DNA of 64,000 bases from Mobula hypostoma. Lineage: Eukaryota. Shown in pieces: positions 62,431-64,000 of the stretch. The position numbers and the translations under genes are program-made. The first letter of the stretch is position 1; every line of letters begins with the position of its first letter. The stretch spans positions 4,466,001-4,530,000 of the forward strand of contig NC_086101.1 in assembly GCF_963921235.1 (NCBI RefSeq), given 5' to 3'. The notes beneath the pieces are model-generated. The model searched no databases and had not been told where the DNA came from. It was given only the letters and a program-made list of their open reading frames with translations.

Positions 62431-62989
62431 TGGAGTGTGGAGGGAGGGGTGGGTGGGTGGAGGTGGTGATGCTTTTGGAAAGAACAGTAACTGTTTTTGA
62501 GTCGGGCTGTACCTGTGACAATTAAACCTCACTCTGAATACACACGTGCATTGAAACTGGGAAACACACAGTGAAAGGCATTGTTTGAGTCGGCGACCAA
62601 CACAGTCCGAGGATGTGCCGGGGGACAGCCGGCCAATGTCACTGTGTTTCCGGCGCCAGCCTGGCATGGCCGCGGATCACTAACCTGATGGGAGAGACAG
62701 TGCAAGGAGATCACAGCACCGGAGGAAACCCACACAGTCACAGGGAGAACACACAAGCTTGTTACAGAGGGTGGTGGTTAATGAACTCTGATAGCTGGGG
62801 CTGGAAAGCATCGTACTAACCACTACGCTACCAGGCTGCCTGGTAGTCCCCCCTCCCCAGCCTCTGTTGGAGCAGTGTGGCACCCTCCAGTGTCAGACCC
62901 ACTGCCCCTTGTCAGATAGACATTCAGATCGAGATTTATCTGTCACTTGTACATTGAAACGAGCAGTGAAATGCATCGTTTGCCAACAT

Positions 62990-63472
62990 ACTAGACATTG
63001 TCCTAGCGTCTGAGTCTGCTGAGCAAGTGGTGCTGCTGAGCTGACAGTCCCATGGGAAGATAGCTTGGAAGAGGCTTTTGAAAGGAAGCTCTCCAAGTAC
63101 GCAGGACTGGTCAGCAACTGTCAGCAGGCTGGATGGAGAGCAAGGTGTCTCCCAGTGGAGGTTGGTTGTAGGGGATTCGTAGCCCATTCCTTAGTTAGAG
63201 CCTTCAGCATTTTGGGCATCGAGGGAGAGAGGAAGAGGAGAGCCATCCGCAGTACCACCGATGCGGCAGAGAGGGCCTCAAGATGGCTGTGGCTCAAAAG
63301 AGGGGAACAATGGAGTCATAAGTAGCTAGCCATCTGGACACAAGCTGGGGTCTGATCAGCCCCGGCTGGGTCACCTGGAGGAGGTTGTATGATGTTGAAA
63401 GTCCCGAAACACCTGATGATTCCAGGAACCTCACTGAAGATGTGTCCAGAAGCATCAGTAGATGTATGTACA
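62990..63472 (+). mobile_element. HERO-type (RLE) non-LTR retrotransposon 3' fragment, family B
   Basis: DIVLASESAEQVVLL/ELTVPWEDSLEEAFERKLSKY..PVEVGCRGFV..AERASRWLWLKR*, a PD-(D/E)xK-type endonuclease C-terminus. Confidence 0.9.
63333..63450 (+). ncRNA. Candidate permuted hammerhead ribozyme with kink-turn (HERO 3' UTR)
   Basis: Core GUA 63387-89, GAAA 63406-09, CUGAAGA 63434-40; perfect 10-bp closing stem TCTGGACACA/TGTGTCCAGA; topology identical to 9796-9935. Confidence 0.7.
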
Positions 63473-64000
63473 CAGCTGGCCATGATGTCGAACACTGAAA
63501 TGCATCATTTGCATTAACAGCCTAGGGCCGTGCTGGGGGCAGCCCACAAGTGTTGCCACACCTCCGACACCAACACTACAATGTTCAGCAGAGCAACACA
63601 GACACAACAGCAACGAAACAAAACCAGCTACAAAATGACTCGGTAAATGTATTACCAAAGTACATAGTCACCCCCCAGATGCAAGCCTGAGATTCATTCA
63701 CCGTCAATCCAAGAAACACAACAGAATCAATGAAAACCACACTCAGTGGGATAGACAATCAATGTGCAAAAGACAACAAACTATGCAAATAAATAAATAA
63801 ATAAGCAGCCACAAAGTTAATACATTTCACGACATACCCCAGTAATATTGATCCTGATTCTGAATAAATATCAGGAACGTGAGATGAATAGTCCTTGAAA
63901 GTGAGTCCATAGTTTGTGGGAACGGTTCAGTGATGGGGCGAGTGGAGTTATCCCCTGTGATTCGAGAGCCCGATGGTTGAGGGGTAACAACTGTTCTCTG

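Overview
Repeat-dense vertebrate genomic DNA, very probably from a cartilaginous fish (inferred from V-SINE/HE1-like SINEs plus CR1, Penelope and Rex1-like repeats). The only host gene I can support is the 5' part of slc44a4 (choline transporter-like protein 4) on the + strand. It has a CpG/GC-box promoter at about 10.7-11.0 kb and nine coding exons (11045-61348, 722 nt, all GT-AG and phase-consistent), with a ~33.9 kb first intron; the gene runs off the window. The rest is transposon debris (CR1, Penelope, Rex1-like, RTE, L1, HERO, Tc1, MITEs, SINEs) and minisatellites. The best finding is in the 3' UTRs of two highly diverged HERO (RLE-type non-LTR) retrotransposon fragments, at about 9.8 kb and 63.4 kb. 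Both fold by hand into the same covarying structure, holding a complete hammerhead ribozyme core in non-circularly permuted order with a canonical kink-turn in the stem III extension. Separately, Penelope terminal repeats carry decayed minimal hammerheads, several as fold-back inserts with 13-14 bp target-site duplications. Transposon boundaries are approximate, and all RNA structures were paired by hand, not computed.
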